From positions 64,001 to 128,000 of the forward strand of contig CAXXFV010000003.1 of NCBI GenBank assembly GCA_963674595.2: a stretch of DNA of 64,000 bases, given 5' to 3'. The DNA comes from a bacterium. GTDB lineage: Bacteria > Zhuqueibacterota > Zhuqueibacteria > Residuimicrobiales > Krinioviventaceae. Positions 8,432 through 18,251 of this stretch are shown here, piece after piece. The notes under the pieces were generated by a model. It saw only the letters and a program-made list of their open reading frames with translations. It had not been told where the DNA came from and searched no databases. Each line of letters begins with the position of its first letter. Position 1 is the stretch's first letter. The position numbers and the translations under genes are program-made.

Positions 8432-10912
8432 TTAATAAAAACCAATTTTTGATTTTAGCTCATCTTGAGATAACTCAGGTAACAAATTGAATAAGTCATA
8501 GACTACTTCTGCAAGCCTATCAAAATTCTCACAATTTATTGCAAACTTGCCCGCTTCAATCAAACCTTTTGCTTTTTCCTGATCATTAAATCTTTGACGC
8601 TCACTTGTAAGCCATTGAAATGTATCAATTAAGAATGAAGGTGTTCGCCAATTTATAGTCCACATTAAATCTTTTAATTTATCAGTTTGTTCTCTAATTT
8701 TTAGTATACTTTTAGAACTTAAGATAGTATGTTCCTGGTTAACAATGCCATTAAAATGTTTTTGCTCAACATCATTTCCATTTTCATTTATTGTTTCATA
8801 ACATATTTGTTTGACTTCAAGATACCGACTTTTTGCCATCTCAATCTCTTTATCTTGAGTAGCAATATATATTTTTTGGGCAACACTGCACTTCTTGTCT
8901 TCTAATTGATAACGTTTATCAGTTACATCATCTATTGATAAAATAAGAGATTCACCTATTAGCTCATCAATTTCAGATTTTAGACTCTTCAGGTCTTTTG
9001 CAGATTCATAATTTTCTAACTCAATAGCAAATTTTATTTCTTTATCTATTTTCTCAGATAATTCAGATATTTGTTCAGACAATACTTCTTGTGGAACACT
9101 TCTCATAGTTGGGCTAAAGATCTCTTTAAATTCTTGATCAGTCATTGTAAGATAAGCAGAAACTGTTAAATCACGTGATTCAGACATCTCTAATGAAATT
9201 TCAATATCAGAGCCTTTTGCAATATTCCGATTTATACCTTTACCTGAAATCTCTAGAAAACCAATACTTCTATTGGCTTCTGGGAGGGCATAATGTGGCC
9301 CTTCTAAAATATTGATACGAAGAAAATCATCTGAACCTTTCACAATTATTCTATTAATTTCTTTTATCTTTGAGTATCTTAAAGGGAGAATAGAATTTTT
9401 TTGAAAAACCAATTCACAACGAGTATGTTTACTCTCAAAGTCATCAACTTCCAAACAAATATCATTTGGAAGCGGCTGACCTGCAATACTAAATTTCCCC
9501 TGAGCGATTCCTATTGGCTCAACATCAACAGGAATCTTGTTATTTTGTTCATCATAAATAGAAATATTAAAATAATTATAACTATCATTTACAAGCGGCA
9601 AATCTTCGGATATTTTTTTTGATAGCAGTTTTAATCCGGTATCAAATCCCCCGTCTTCTCTTACAATTCTGTAAAATAGACCTTCAACATTACCTTCTAT
9701 TTTTGCTGCAAAAAATTCTTCAGATTCTTTAGTAGCTTTCTGGTAGGCGGTTTTAATTATAAGTTTATTTTCAACATATGATTTGGGTTTTTCATCTTTT
9801 ATAACTTTTTGTTTTGTTCCTGCATAATATGCAGCACCAATTGCAATTGCAGTAGTCGGATCAATCTCACAGTTTATAGGGAGTTGCATAATTTCATTTA
9901 CACGGTTTCTTACTAATGGAATATATGTAGAACCTCCAACCATAAGTATAAAATCAATATCATTAGATGTAAGTGAATTTTGAACCATTATCTTTTTAAT
10001 CATTTCAATTGATTTATCAATATATTGCTGAATCATAGATTCAAATTCAGAACGAGTAATAGTGATAATTATTTCATGAGTTTCACCATCTTCATCGGTT
10101 ATATCAAATTCAATTTCAGCAGATGACTTTGCTGATAATTGAATTTTTGCCTGTTCTGCCTGATGAAGTGCTATATAAAATACTGAATTATACTTCCCAG
10201 AAGCGCTTTTCATTTCCTTTTCTAAATTTTTAAAATTATATTCAGCTTCTAAATATGGTATTATCTTCTTCTCAACAATAAGTCGGTCGAAATCAGATCC
10301 ACCTAAAAAATTATCACCTTCATGATCTAGTATTTTCATTTCACCGTCATTAATTTTTACAAGAGCAACATCAAAGGTACCTCCACCAAGATCGTATACA
10401 ATCCATTGGCCATCTTTTAAATCATTCATTCTTTTGTTGGCATAAGCCAAACTAGCTGCGATTGGTTCTTGTAATAGAACAACCTGTTTAAAACCGGCTA
10501 ATCTACCAGCTTCCTTTGTTGCATTTGATTGAATTGTATCGAAAGATGCAGGAATTGTAATCACTGTAGAATCAATTTGTGTCCCAGATTGTACAAAATT
10601 CTTTAGCTCTTTTATTATATGGGCGGATAACTCAATAGGTGTAACAGATTTTCCTATTGAATTTATTTTATATGCTTCATTTGTCCCCATTTTCCGCTTA
10701 AAAGAAGAAATAACATTTTTTGGAGATTTCTCTAAATAACTTTTTGCCTGTTCACCGACTATAATTTTATCTTTTCTAAAAAGGACAACTGAAGGTAAGG
10801 TGTCTTTCCAACTTATAGGATTTTTGTAAATATTTACTTCACCTTTTGTAAATTTTGCGATTACAGAATTTGTTGTGCCGAGATCAATACCAAAATTAAT
10901 CATATTTTCCAT
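8432..10912 (-). CDS. Atypical Hsp70/DnaK-family protein (826 aa, helical C-terminal extension)
   Basis: GIDLGTTNS, TIPASF, EPIAA, YDLGGGTFD, LGGSDFD, VGGSTYIP motifs. Confidence 0.92.
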   Translation of the reverse strand: MENMINFGIDLGTTNSVIAKFTKGEVNIYKNPISWKDTLPSVVLFRKDKIIVGEQAKSYLEKSPKNVISSFKRKMGTNEAYKINSIGKSVTPIELSAHIIKELKNFVQSGTQIDSTVITIPASFDTIQSNATKEAGRLAGFKQVVLLQEPIAASLAYANKRMNDLKDGQWIVYDLGGGTFDVALVKINDGEMKILDHEGDNFLGGSDFDRLIVEKKIIPYLEAEYNFKNLEKEMKSASGKYNSVFYIALHQAEQAKIQLSAKSSAEIEFDITDEDGETHEIIITITRSEFESMIQQYIDKSIEMIKKIMVQNSLTSNDIDFILMVGGSTYIPLVRNRVNEIMQLPINCEIDPTTAIAIGAAYYAGTKQKVIKDEKPKSYVENKLIIKTAYQKATKESEEFFAAKIEGNVEGLFYRIVREDGGFDTGLKLLSKKISEDLPLVNDSYNYFNISIYDEQNNKIPVDVEPIGIAQGKFSIAGQPLPNDICLEVDDFESKHTRCELVFQKNSILPLRYSKIKEINRIIVKGSDDFLRINILEGPHYALPEANRSIGFLEISGKGINRNIAKGSDIEISLEMSESRDLTVSAYLTMTDQEFKEIFSPTMRSVPQEVLSEQISELSEKIDKEIKFAIELENYESAKDLKSLKSEIDELIGESLILSIDDVTDKRYQLEDKKCSVAQKIYIATQDKEIEMAKSRYLEVKQICYETINENGNDVEQKHFNGIVNQEHTILSSKSILKIREQTDKLKDLMWTINWRTPSFLIDTFQWLTSERQRFNDQEKAKGLIEAGKFAINCENFDRLAEVVYDLFNLLPELSQDELKSKIGFY

Positions 10913-10917
10913 AATTA

Positions 10918-11292
10918 TTACCTTTTATTGTTTTTCTGGGACTCAACAATGACCACTGCTTTTTGAATAATAAACATTCTTTCTTTCTGATGGAGTCTTA
11001 TTATTGGCTTAATTACTTCTGTTATTACAAGATTTTCTGTTTTCTCTCCAGCAATACTTGCTTCACAATCAGTTCTTGTCTCATTAAATTTTTCACCTAT
11101 TGGATTGTAGTAAGATAACCCTCCTTCTTTTCCAATTATACTTGTTTTGAAATGATCTTTCAATTGCTGGAGGTTCCTTGAAATTGAATTTTCGTCACTT
11201 AGCTTTTTAACCTTTTTTTCTATTTCAAAAATTTGATTTAAAATAAAAGAAAAGTACTTAATCTCATCGGAAATTTTTTGTTGAATATGCAT
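10918..11292 (-). CDS. GrpE-like protein
   Basis: PIGEKF...ITEVIKP.I......IIQKAVVIV resembles the GrpE beta-domain; directly upstream of Hsp70. Confidence 0.6.
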   Translation of the reverse strand: MHIQQKISDEIKYFSFILNQIFEIEKKVKKLSDENSISRNLQQLKDHFKTSIIGKEGGLSYYNPIGEKFNETRTDCEASIAGEKTENLVITEVIKPIIRLHQKERMFIIQKAVVIVESQKNNKR

Positions 11293-11301
11293 ATTTTATC
11301 C

Positions 11302-12117
11302 TTATTTAAAAAAATCATATTCATTAATAGTAGATTGTTTCATATTACCCCCGATTACGCTAAGTTTAATATGTATGGTTGAATATTGATAACCATTATC
11401 CTGTAATTTAAAAACATCATTGCTGCTTGAAGATTCGCTAAAATGAAAATCTGTCTCAAAACCACCTTTAATACTACCATTTTTAAATTTTTTATTTGGA
11501 TTCCAATCTTTACCAAAGAATTCTTTAATATAATATGTTCCATTCGGAACATTTGTCATTTGAAAAGAAGAACCGGCCCTAATGTATTCATTTCTAATAG
11601 TTTTCCCAGAGTAGTAGTTTACCAAACAAACTACTGCATCATAATTTTTATCTGTTTCTATTTGAATCCAATTTTGATGTGATTTATTATAGATACCTTT
11701 TCCAAAATAACTATCATAAGGAGATGTACCATTTTTCAAGAAATTACCTTTGTATTTACTAAAGGTACCAGTCTCATCTAGTATATACCGATTTTCATTC
11801 GTGGAATTATTATTATCGGATTCGTTTTGTGAATAGCTACTAGATTTATAATTATTACCAGATTCATTGTATGAATAGTTGCTAGAGCTAGAATTGTTTG
11901 AATTTAAAATTACAGTAATTAGCCAAATACAAAGCAATAAAATTACGCTATATTTCCAAATTTTTTGCAATGTATATAATTGTAATTTCCCATAAAATTT
12001 ATATTGGCCAGTATATGTTTTGTCATAAGAATACCGGGCGATAGGTAATATAGGTATACCGAATAATACAAAATATAGAGTTTTTCCATAGATTATAGTA
12101 CCACAACCATTAATCAA
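11302..12117 (-). CDS. Membrane-anchored protein; probable C-terminal half of the 12146-13333 gene
   Basis: Hydrophobic segments plus Ser/Asn linker; joins in frame with the upstream ORF if the A11 tract is A10 (EKKKYGEPIKSAPSLKLINGCGT). Confidence 0.65.
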   Translation of the reverse strand: MINGCGTIIYGKTLYFVLFGIPILPIARYSYDKTYTGQYKFYGKLQLYTLQKIWKYSVILLLCIWLITVILNSNNSSSSNYSYNESGNNYKSSSYSQNESDNNNSTNENRYILDETGTFSKYKGNFLKNGTSPYDSYFGKGIYNKSHQNWIQIETDKNYDAVVCLVNYYSGKTIRNEYIRAGSSFQMTNVPNGTYYIKEFFGKDWNPNKKFKNGSIKGGFETDFHFSESSSSNDVFKLQDNGYQYSTIHIKLSVIGGNMKQSTINEYDFFK

Positions 12118-12145
12118 TTTTAAACTTGGTGCGGATTTAATTGGT

Positions 12146-13333
12146 TCACCATACTTTTTTTTTTTCTTCTAATAAACTTGATAGAGAATATTTATCTTCT
12201 TCTATTTTATTCTTGAGATCATTTGGGATTTCTATCTTGAGTGCCATTTCTATGAATATAATTGAAGTTTCAACATCGTTGCACATATTCCAGGTAGACA
12301 CCGATAGATTTCTTAGTGTGAGAGCAAGCTGAATTCGGACTTCATCGAATAAGCTTGGTAAAGAATTCAGCTCAAAAATATCAATATTTTTTTGTAATTC
12401 TTGCAGAACAATTGTTGGCCTAATATCTTTATTATCTATTTTTTCTATAAACTTTTTCGAATTAACAAACAATAATGCATATTTTTTTAAAGTAGGTTCA
12501 TACTTTTCTGTTTCTTTTCGCTCTAAATTTATTTCTTCAATTTTTGTTAAATCATGCCTTATCTTATCATTCGATAAACCATCAATTTTAATACCCAAGG
12601 CAAACCTTATCATACTTATCGAAACTTCAGCATCACCGATGTTATTAAATATATCTATTGACAAATTGCGTAATGCAAAAGATAAATTATTTCTAGACTC
12701 TTGAAAATAAAAAGGAAGTAAATTTATACTTTGGTGATGTATTTTATCTTTGATATTTTCATCTAATTTACAAATATTTTCTTCATTATATTCGCTCGTT
12801 TCATTTTTAATATTTTTGGATATTTGCTCAAGCCATTTAATTTTATTTTGAATATAATTATATGTTCCTTGAAAAGCTTGGTCTTTAAAATCATTGTTTA
12901 CTAACAATGGTAAAGAATTAAGTATATTTAGGGCTTTTACACTTTTTTTTTCCAAAGCTTTTATTAATAATTCAGAATATTTGGGGGCATAATATGGGCT
13001 GATGAAATCAATGAATTTAGATAAATTAAATATTGATTCGTGTCTAAAATTGATAAAAAATTTAGTTTCACCATTGAATAAAAAATTGTTTAATTCTTTA
13101 TAATTATACAGAAAAAAATAGAACTCTTTTTTATTATCATCTTCCAGTTCATCAAAGGATTTTAAAATATCTGATTTATTGAATTTCTGATTTTTAATAT
13201 TAATTGAATTATCATCACTTAATTCTATTTCGGCAAGAATTCTTTTTTTGCTCTTTTTTATTGTTATAGAATCAAGTTCTGATATTGACTTGAGGGGAAT
13301 TTTAAATAAATCTAAAGGATTAAGATATCGCAT
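12146..13333 (-). CDS. Helical-repeat protein with degenerate J-domain-like N-terminus
   Basis: NPLDLF.I......ITIKKSKKR start; internal repeat (RNNLSFALRNLS / RIQLALTLRNLS); ends in an A11 tract. Confidence 0.55.
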   Translation of the reverse strand: MRYLNPLDLFKIPLKSISELDSITIKKSKKRILAEIELSDDNSINIKNQKFNKSDILKSFDELEDDNKKEFYFFLYNYKELNNFLFNGETKFFINFRHESIFNLSKFIDFISPYYAPKYSELLIKALEKKSVKALNILNSLPLLVNNDFKDQAFQGTYNYIQNKIKWLEQISKNIKNETSEYNEENICKLDENIKDKIHHQSINLLPFYFQESRNNLSFALRNLSIDIFNNIGDAEVSISMIRFALGIKIDGLSNDKIRHDLTKIEEINLERKETEKYEPTLKKYALLFVNSKKFIEKIDNKDIRPTIVLQELQKNIDIFELNSLPSLFDEVRIQLALTLRNLSVSTWNMCNDVETSIIFIEMALKIEIPNDLKNKIEEDKYSLSSLLEEKKKVW

Positions 13334-13533
13334 AAAATTTGTCCAGATTTAACAGGAAAAAATATAACATTTGTAAACGAAAGAACACTAATCATAGTAT
13401 CATATTTGAAACATCAAAATATAGTTTAGATGTCTTAATCAAGTGGTAAATATTTTCTCTCAAAAAAACGTTTCGATTAGTTTTGATATAAACAACCCAC
13501 ACCCTACCGCACTCAAAAATATTGACCGCAAAC

Positions 13534-13737
13534 CAACAGGAATGTAATACCGTAACCGACGCAATCTCTTCCTCGTATGTGTATAAGAATCCCATAATTA
13601 TAAAAATGGTGGTAAATCAGTCAGGGATCTCAGAAACTCCCGTGCTCGACCAAATCGTCCTGAAAAATCGTCCTTTTACCTGATAAAATAATGATACAAA
13701 CTTTTTATTTTTCCCGCAAGCTGTTTTTAAAAAATTT
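13534..13737 (-). ncRNA. Conserved promoter + putative structured RNA element, copy B
   Basis: TTGCGG-17-TATCAT promoter; clear nucleotide homology to 52780-52980 and weaker homology to 461-640. Confidence 0.6.
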
Positions 13738-13980
13738 ATCTGCTACTTCCATCACAAAAAAAGCCCCATATTACGACGGGGCTTATTAACGATTGAATTC
13801 CAATAATATTAATGTTCAGTTCTCTATAATCACCACCTCCTTTTATATAATTCAACATCTATATCTATCATCTTGCATCAATCCAGACGCAGGCAACACA
13901 GCCCTGGTCACCTATCACTTGAACGACCTTCCGGTCTAATAGTTGATTTTAAGAGTCAGGAATGCATTATAATCTTTGTA

Positions 13981-14571
13981 CTATATATTAATACTTAATT
14001 GTTCCGAATAAACTTTTATTAATTCATTCCAGGGCTGCTTTTGAGATAATAAAGGCCATTTATGACTCGTGGTTGCCAATTGATGCAATGCCTCAAATGT
14101 CTTGTGCCCAACATACCGATTAGCGAATTGAAACACATATCGTCCAATTAAGGCACTGTCGATCTCTGGTATATTTCTTAAATTCAACTGAAGAGTCTGT
14201 AACGTCATTTGACGCTTCATATAATCCTGGTGTCCGGACCGGTTCCATTGTGCCGGATTAATGAGAATATGCGAATCAAATATCTCTTTACAGATCGTCA
14301 ATTGAGTTTGACTGACATGGGCATTTACTTCCCATGTCATGTTCCCGTTTGTATACTGCTCATGATCCTCAATCACTGCAAAAGCAATATTATGATGTTG
14401 CCTGGTTTTGAATAATCTTTCACTGTAATCAAGATGTTTAAAATATTTTATTGTTCCTGTGTTTATATATTTACCATACTGGTCCCAGATGGTCAAACCG
14501 GTAAAATTACCAGGGGAAATACTCACAAAAGTTACATTATTCATAATCACACCTTTTATTTTAATTTTCAA
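13981..14571 (-). CDS. RuvC/RNase H-fold-like phage protein lacking the first acidic residue (copy 1)
   Basis: FVSISPG.FTG..IW..., AVIED, EIDSALIG; close paralog of 58236-58805. Confidence 0.5.
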   Translation of the reverse strand: MKIKIKGVIMNNVTFVSISPGNFTGLTIWDQYGKYINTGTIKYFKHLDYSERLFKTRQHHNIAFAVIEDHEQYTNGNMTWEVNAHVSQTQLTICKEIFDSHILINPAQWNRSGHQDYMKRQMTLQTLQLNLRNIPEIDSALIGRYVFQFANRYVGHKTFEALHQLATTSHKWPLLSQKQPWNELIKVYSEQLSINI

Positions 14572-15145
14572 GCCATGGTTTTAATTGATTGACCGTCGGA
14601 TATGGCAGTTGTTTTAAAGCCATCTGCTTCATGGCAACAAATCCGCCACCATTTGTGTCAAAATCAATAATTTCAAAAGTCAGTTTGCCCATAAGAGCAG
14701 AATCCGTCTGATGAGAATTTGGCAGTTGTTCTCCGAATAGATCCCTGGACCATTGTCGTTTGAATTTATCTTTACATTTATTCCGGTTCCATTGTGTGTG
14801 AAAGATCAGGATATGATCCGGAAACACTTCTTTACATACCTGGATTTGAATTGATACTTTATACGAGTTTTTTCTTTTCATACCGATAAACGGTTTGTAA
14901 TCTTCAAGAAGAATAAATTCAAGGTTGTACTCTTTTTTAATTTGTTCCAGTAACAGTCTGTATTGTTGTGTGTCTTTAAAGGGTAGATTCTTTGAACAAA
15001 CCTTTGATCCCATACTGTTAAAAACACTGATCCCACCCGGATTACCCGGATCAACAGCACCCCAAAATCTGTTTAAATTCGACATGGTTTCTATCTTTCG
15101 AGATTCCACCAAAGCTGTAATCATATTATTCTGTAGTCGAATCAT
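14561..15145 (-). CDS. RuvC-like resolvase/nuclease (copy 1)
   Basis: WGAVDPGNPGGISV, ILLED, TDSALMG; paralog of 58809-59435. Confidence 0.55.
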   Translation of the reverse strand: MIRLQNNMITALVESRKIETMSNLNRFWGAVDPGNPGGISVFNSMGSKVCSKNLPFKDTQQYRLLLEQIKKEYNLEFILLEDYKPFIGMKRKNSYKVSIQIQVCKEVFPDHILIFHTQWNRNKCKDKFKRQWSRDLFGEQLPNSHQTDSALMGKLTFEIIDFDTNGGGFVAMKQMALKQLPYPTVNQLKPWLEN

Positions 15146-15159
15146 GTCAAACTCCTTTT

Positions 15160-15700
15160 CTATTTCTCATTGATATTCAATAATTCAATCTTTTTCCAAT
15201 TTAATTCTCTGGACATCGTATCTGTCGCAAAGTGTTTTTGCTCTTCCACCTTGCTGTTATTTTTATAAGCATCCAAAAAATGTTTACGTGTAGCAGCAAT
15301 GGCAGTGGTTGATCTTATTTCAGGACCCCACTGTACAAGCAAAGGATATAAATGCCCTTCACCGTTTTTCTGCATTCGCTTTTCTATCATCATCATCATA
15401 CAGGAACCAATGGATGGGTCATAAAAATGGTCAAGATACATTTTAATCCGGTTCCAGGCTACCTGAGCTTGTTGTTGAAGAGGGTCCTGTCCCCGTAAAT
15501 CTGCCGGTGACGGGAAAAAAAGCATTTTTATTTCTAAAATATAAAACAGCATTCTTTTCAATTTCCTTAAAACTCAAGTCCTGTAATACCTTGAAATAAA
15601 AATCTATCTTCTCTGCTGTCAATGGTTGGTTATTATTCACAGCAACAGTTTCCATTTGCAACATGAGTTTTGAAAAACATTCTCTATCTTTCTCAGTCAT
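15160..15700 (-). pseudogene. Phage replication-associated (DUF6475-like) gene split by a frameshift
   Basis: ORF 15443-15700 ...NAFFP continues as FFPSPADLR..AQVAW in ORF 15160-15561; extra T in a T7 run (15515-15521). Confidence 0.55.
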
Positions 15701-15864
15701 ATATCAACCTCTATGATAAGACATTAAGATGTTACCTTTTTATTAATTTCATCATCAACGGATGTTACATCTGTTGATGGATTCTTTTTGCTCGAATCTC
15801 TCAGGTCGTCGTATTTAATCGACGACCCGGAGTATTTATAGAACATGGCAACAAACCAAAAATC

Positions 15865-16275
15865 CTAAAACGGCAGGTCTTCTGCTTGTTCATCAGGAAA
15901 GTTTGTTTGTTGTTCCTGTTCATAGGTTTGGCTGAATTGTAAAATCTGTACCTGTTCAGCTTGTATTTCAGTCATATATTGCTTGTTTCCATCTTTATCA
16001 TCCCAGGAACGAGTGGCTAACTTGCCTTCGATATAAACCAGATCACCCTTTTTAGCATATTGAGAAATCATTTCTGCTGTTTTTCGCCAAACAACAACAC
16101 GATGCCATTCTGTTTTTTCGACAATTTCTCCGTCCTGTGATTTATAAGATGTATTGGTTGCCATGTTTAACGTCACAACAGCCACTTCAGAAGGAGTGTA
16201 TTTGATTTCCGGGTCTTTACCTAATCGACCGATTAACATGACTTTGTTTAATGTAGCTTTACTATTGTATGCCAT
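15865..16275 (-). CDS. ssb: Single-stranded DNA-binding protein
   Basis: LNKVMLIGRLGKDPE, TEWHRVVVW, IEGKL.TRSW, DLPF tail. Confidence 0.95.
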   Translation of the reverse strand: MAYNSKATLNKVMLIGRLGKDPEIKYTPSEVAVVTLNMATNTSYKSQDGEIVEKTEWHRVVVWRKTAEMISQYAKKGDLVYIEGKLATRSWDDKDGNKQYMTEIQAEQVQILQFSQTYEQEQQTNFPDEQAEDLPF

Positions 16276-16280
16276 TTTTA

Positions 16281-17003
16281 TTACCTCACTCGTATATCAT
16301 CTTTTGAATAAACTCTAATGCCCTGAAATTTATCAACAGCACTTTTTTTTAATTTTTGTACTTGAGCGTTAATTTTTGAACGGGACGGTTCGCATAGTTC
16401 CGGATGATGTTGGCACACCAGGTCCGGATCTGTTATGTCGTATTTCCAGTAGGTCACAACACTGGACGTCGCTTGAATGGATTGAACCGATGATTTGGCG
16501 ACGATTTCCTGACTTGCTACATGTTTGACAGCCTTATCCAGTGCCTGTTTGGTTTCTTCTTCAACCGTCGCTTCTTTGGCTTGTTCAAGTTCTTTGATTT
16601 GCTGATCTTTCTCTGCTTTTAAACGTTGTTCCTCTTTGTACTTTTTCCCCTTTTGATATTCCAAAAGTTTAGAACGCAGCATGCCATTCAGTTTATCAAC
16701 TTCACCTATCAGTGTTTTAAATGGCTGCTCTTTTGTTTTTATCTGTTCTTTTAATTCCCTGACCGATTCTTTTTTGGCTGTTTCAAGGTACTTTATAAAT
16801 TTTGATATTTTTCCGGTATAATCGGTCACCTCAAAAATGGTAGCATCATCAACCGTTATATCAACCACTTTTAGTTTAATATCTTTATAGGTTGATATAA
16901 TCATGGCATCATTAATCTCTGCCAATTCCGGTAAAGCTTCTGCTTCCATCACATCAGGTTCACCATTCAAAATACTGTCGAAAAAATCATTTTCCATGAT
17001 CAC
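16281..17003 (-). CDS. Phage coiled-coil protein
   Basis: 240-aa ORF in the recombination module; C-terminal W.Y.I.DP..V...GIRVY pattern typical of phage proteins at this position. Confidence 0.55.
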   Translation of the reverse strand: MIMENDFFDSILNGEPDVMEAEALPELAEINDAMIISTYKDIKLKVVDITVDDATIFEVTDYTGKISKFIKYLETAKKESVRELKEQIKTKEQPFKTLIGEVDKLNGMLRSKLLEYQKGKKYKEEQRLKAEKDQQIKELEQAKEATVEEETKQALDKAVKHVASQEIVAKSSVQSIQATSSVVTYWKYDITDPDLVCQHHPELCEPSRSKINAQVQKLKKSAVDKFQGIRVYSKDDIRVR

Positions 17004-17928
17004 TCTCCTTTTTCTCTTGTTGAACCTGTTGCATTCTCTCTTTTAACTTTTGCAGGAAAAAGTTTTGTTTTTTCGTTTCGATTTTTTGGGCTGTTGTCAC
17101 TCCCATATCCTCAAGCATTTTTAAATAAATGGCATGCGTGCCTGTCTGTTTAAAAAGCCATTCTTTGGCATTTTTACATTTGTCCTCAAAGGACGGCTCA
17201 GTTTTTGATTCCTGATTTGATTGATTGCTTTTAGTCGTTTTTTTGGAGGAATTATCTTTATTGAGGGAATTTGGGCCATTATTTCCTGAATCACTCTGTG
17301 TGTTCTTGTTTGAAATCTCATAGGGCCAGCCATATTGCGGATAGTCTTTGCGACGCCACAATAGAACTTTATTATTATCTCTTTTATCTGTATACCATTC
17401 ACTCATGGCGAATTCATTCTTCCATTCCATGATAAAATTGGGAGACCATAGTTCTGTAGCAATTCCCAAATCTTTACAACATCGGGTTAGACAATCTGTT
17501 TTGGCACCTTCAACTGCACTGGCATAGGTCATGGACTTGTTGTTCGGATGATACTTTTGTTCTCCCACAGCTTCAGAGATAAACTGGCCAAGAACAAATA
17601 AAACCCCGTGATAACAGACCAGATTTATGTTTTTATCATAAAAAATATTTCGACTATACAAGGCCCATCCACCAGCATGAAAAGCTTCTATTAATCTTTT
17701 ACGATAAAAAACACCCGGTAAATAAATAATGCCATCTGGCCGGATGGCAACATCGTTTTTATCGATTTCAGCAGACAATTTTCGTTGAACCTGATCTGTA
17801 ACAGGATTCTCAGCAATGTTATTATACAGATCGATTTCACAATTTTCCTGTACAGTCACTTCTTTATTTTGGTCTGACTTTATTGCCAAAGCAACCTGAG
17901 ATTGATTTCCATTTCCGTTTCCATTCAT
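16987..17928 (-). CDS. Rad52/Mgm101-like single-strand annealing protein
   Basis: DVAIRPDGIIYLP...YR.RL..AF..GGW, EGAKTDCLTRCCKDLGIATELW. Confidence 0.8.
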   Translation of the reverse strand: MNGNGNGNQSQVALAIKSDQNKEVTVQENCEIDLYNNIAENPVTDQVQRKLSAEIDKNDVAIRPDGIIYLPGVFYRKRLIEAFHAGGWALYSRNIFYDKNINLVCYHGVLFVLGQFISEAVGEQKYHPNNKSMTYASAVEGAKTDCLTRCCKDLGIATELWSPNFIMEWKNEFAMSEWYTDKRDNNKVLLWRRKDYPQYGWPYEISNKNTQSDSGNNGPNSLNKDNSSKKTTKSNQSNQESKTEPSFEDKCKNAKEWLFKQTGTHAIYLKMLEDMGVTTAQKIETKKQNFFLQKLKERMQQVQQEKKESDHGK

Positions 17929-17936
17929 AATTCACC

Positions 17937-18203
17937 TCAAAAATTTAATTTATCCTGATCTGTAAATCCTATTTGCATATTCTCAATGATTTGATTCATA
18001 AGGATTTCTTTGACATTCATATTGGAATAGGCTATTTTGACAGCCCCTTGTAATGCCACCATTCCAATAGAATTGTTCCCACCAAGAATGATTTGTGCCA
18101 GAGACACAATATCATGATCAATGGTGATGTCGATGTTTAAATTCTCTATTAGCATTTTTGCTGCTGAGACTTGTCTCTCCTTTGAAGGAACTTCTTTTAT
18201 CAT
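17937..18203 (-). CDS. Hypothetical phage protein
   Basis: ORF with RBS in a co-oriented phage gene run. Confidence 0.5.
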   Translation of the reverse strand: MIKEVPSKERQVSAAKMLIENLNIDITIDHDIVSLAQIILGGNNSIGMVALQGAVKIAYSNMNVKEILMNQIIENMQIGFTDQDKLNF

Positions 18204-18251
18204 TTCTCATCTCCAATTATATTTATGTCATTTCTCATGGCCATATAAACT

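Noticed and set aside
13392-13595. 67-aa ORF overlapping element copy B
   Set aside because: The equivalent frame in copy C stops after 14 codons, so conservation is not at protein level
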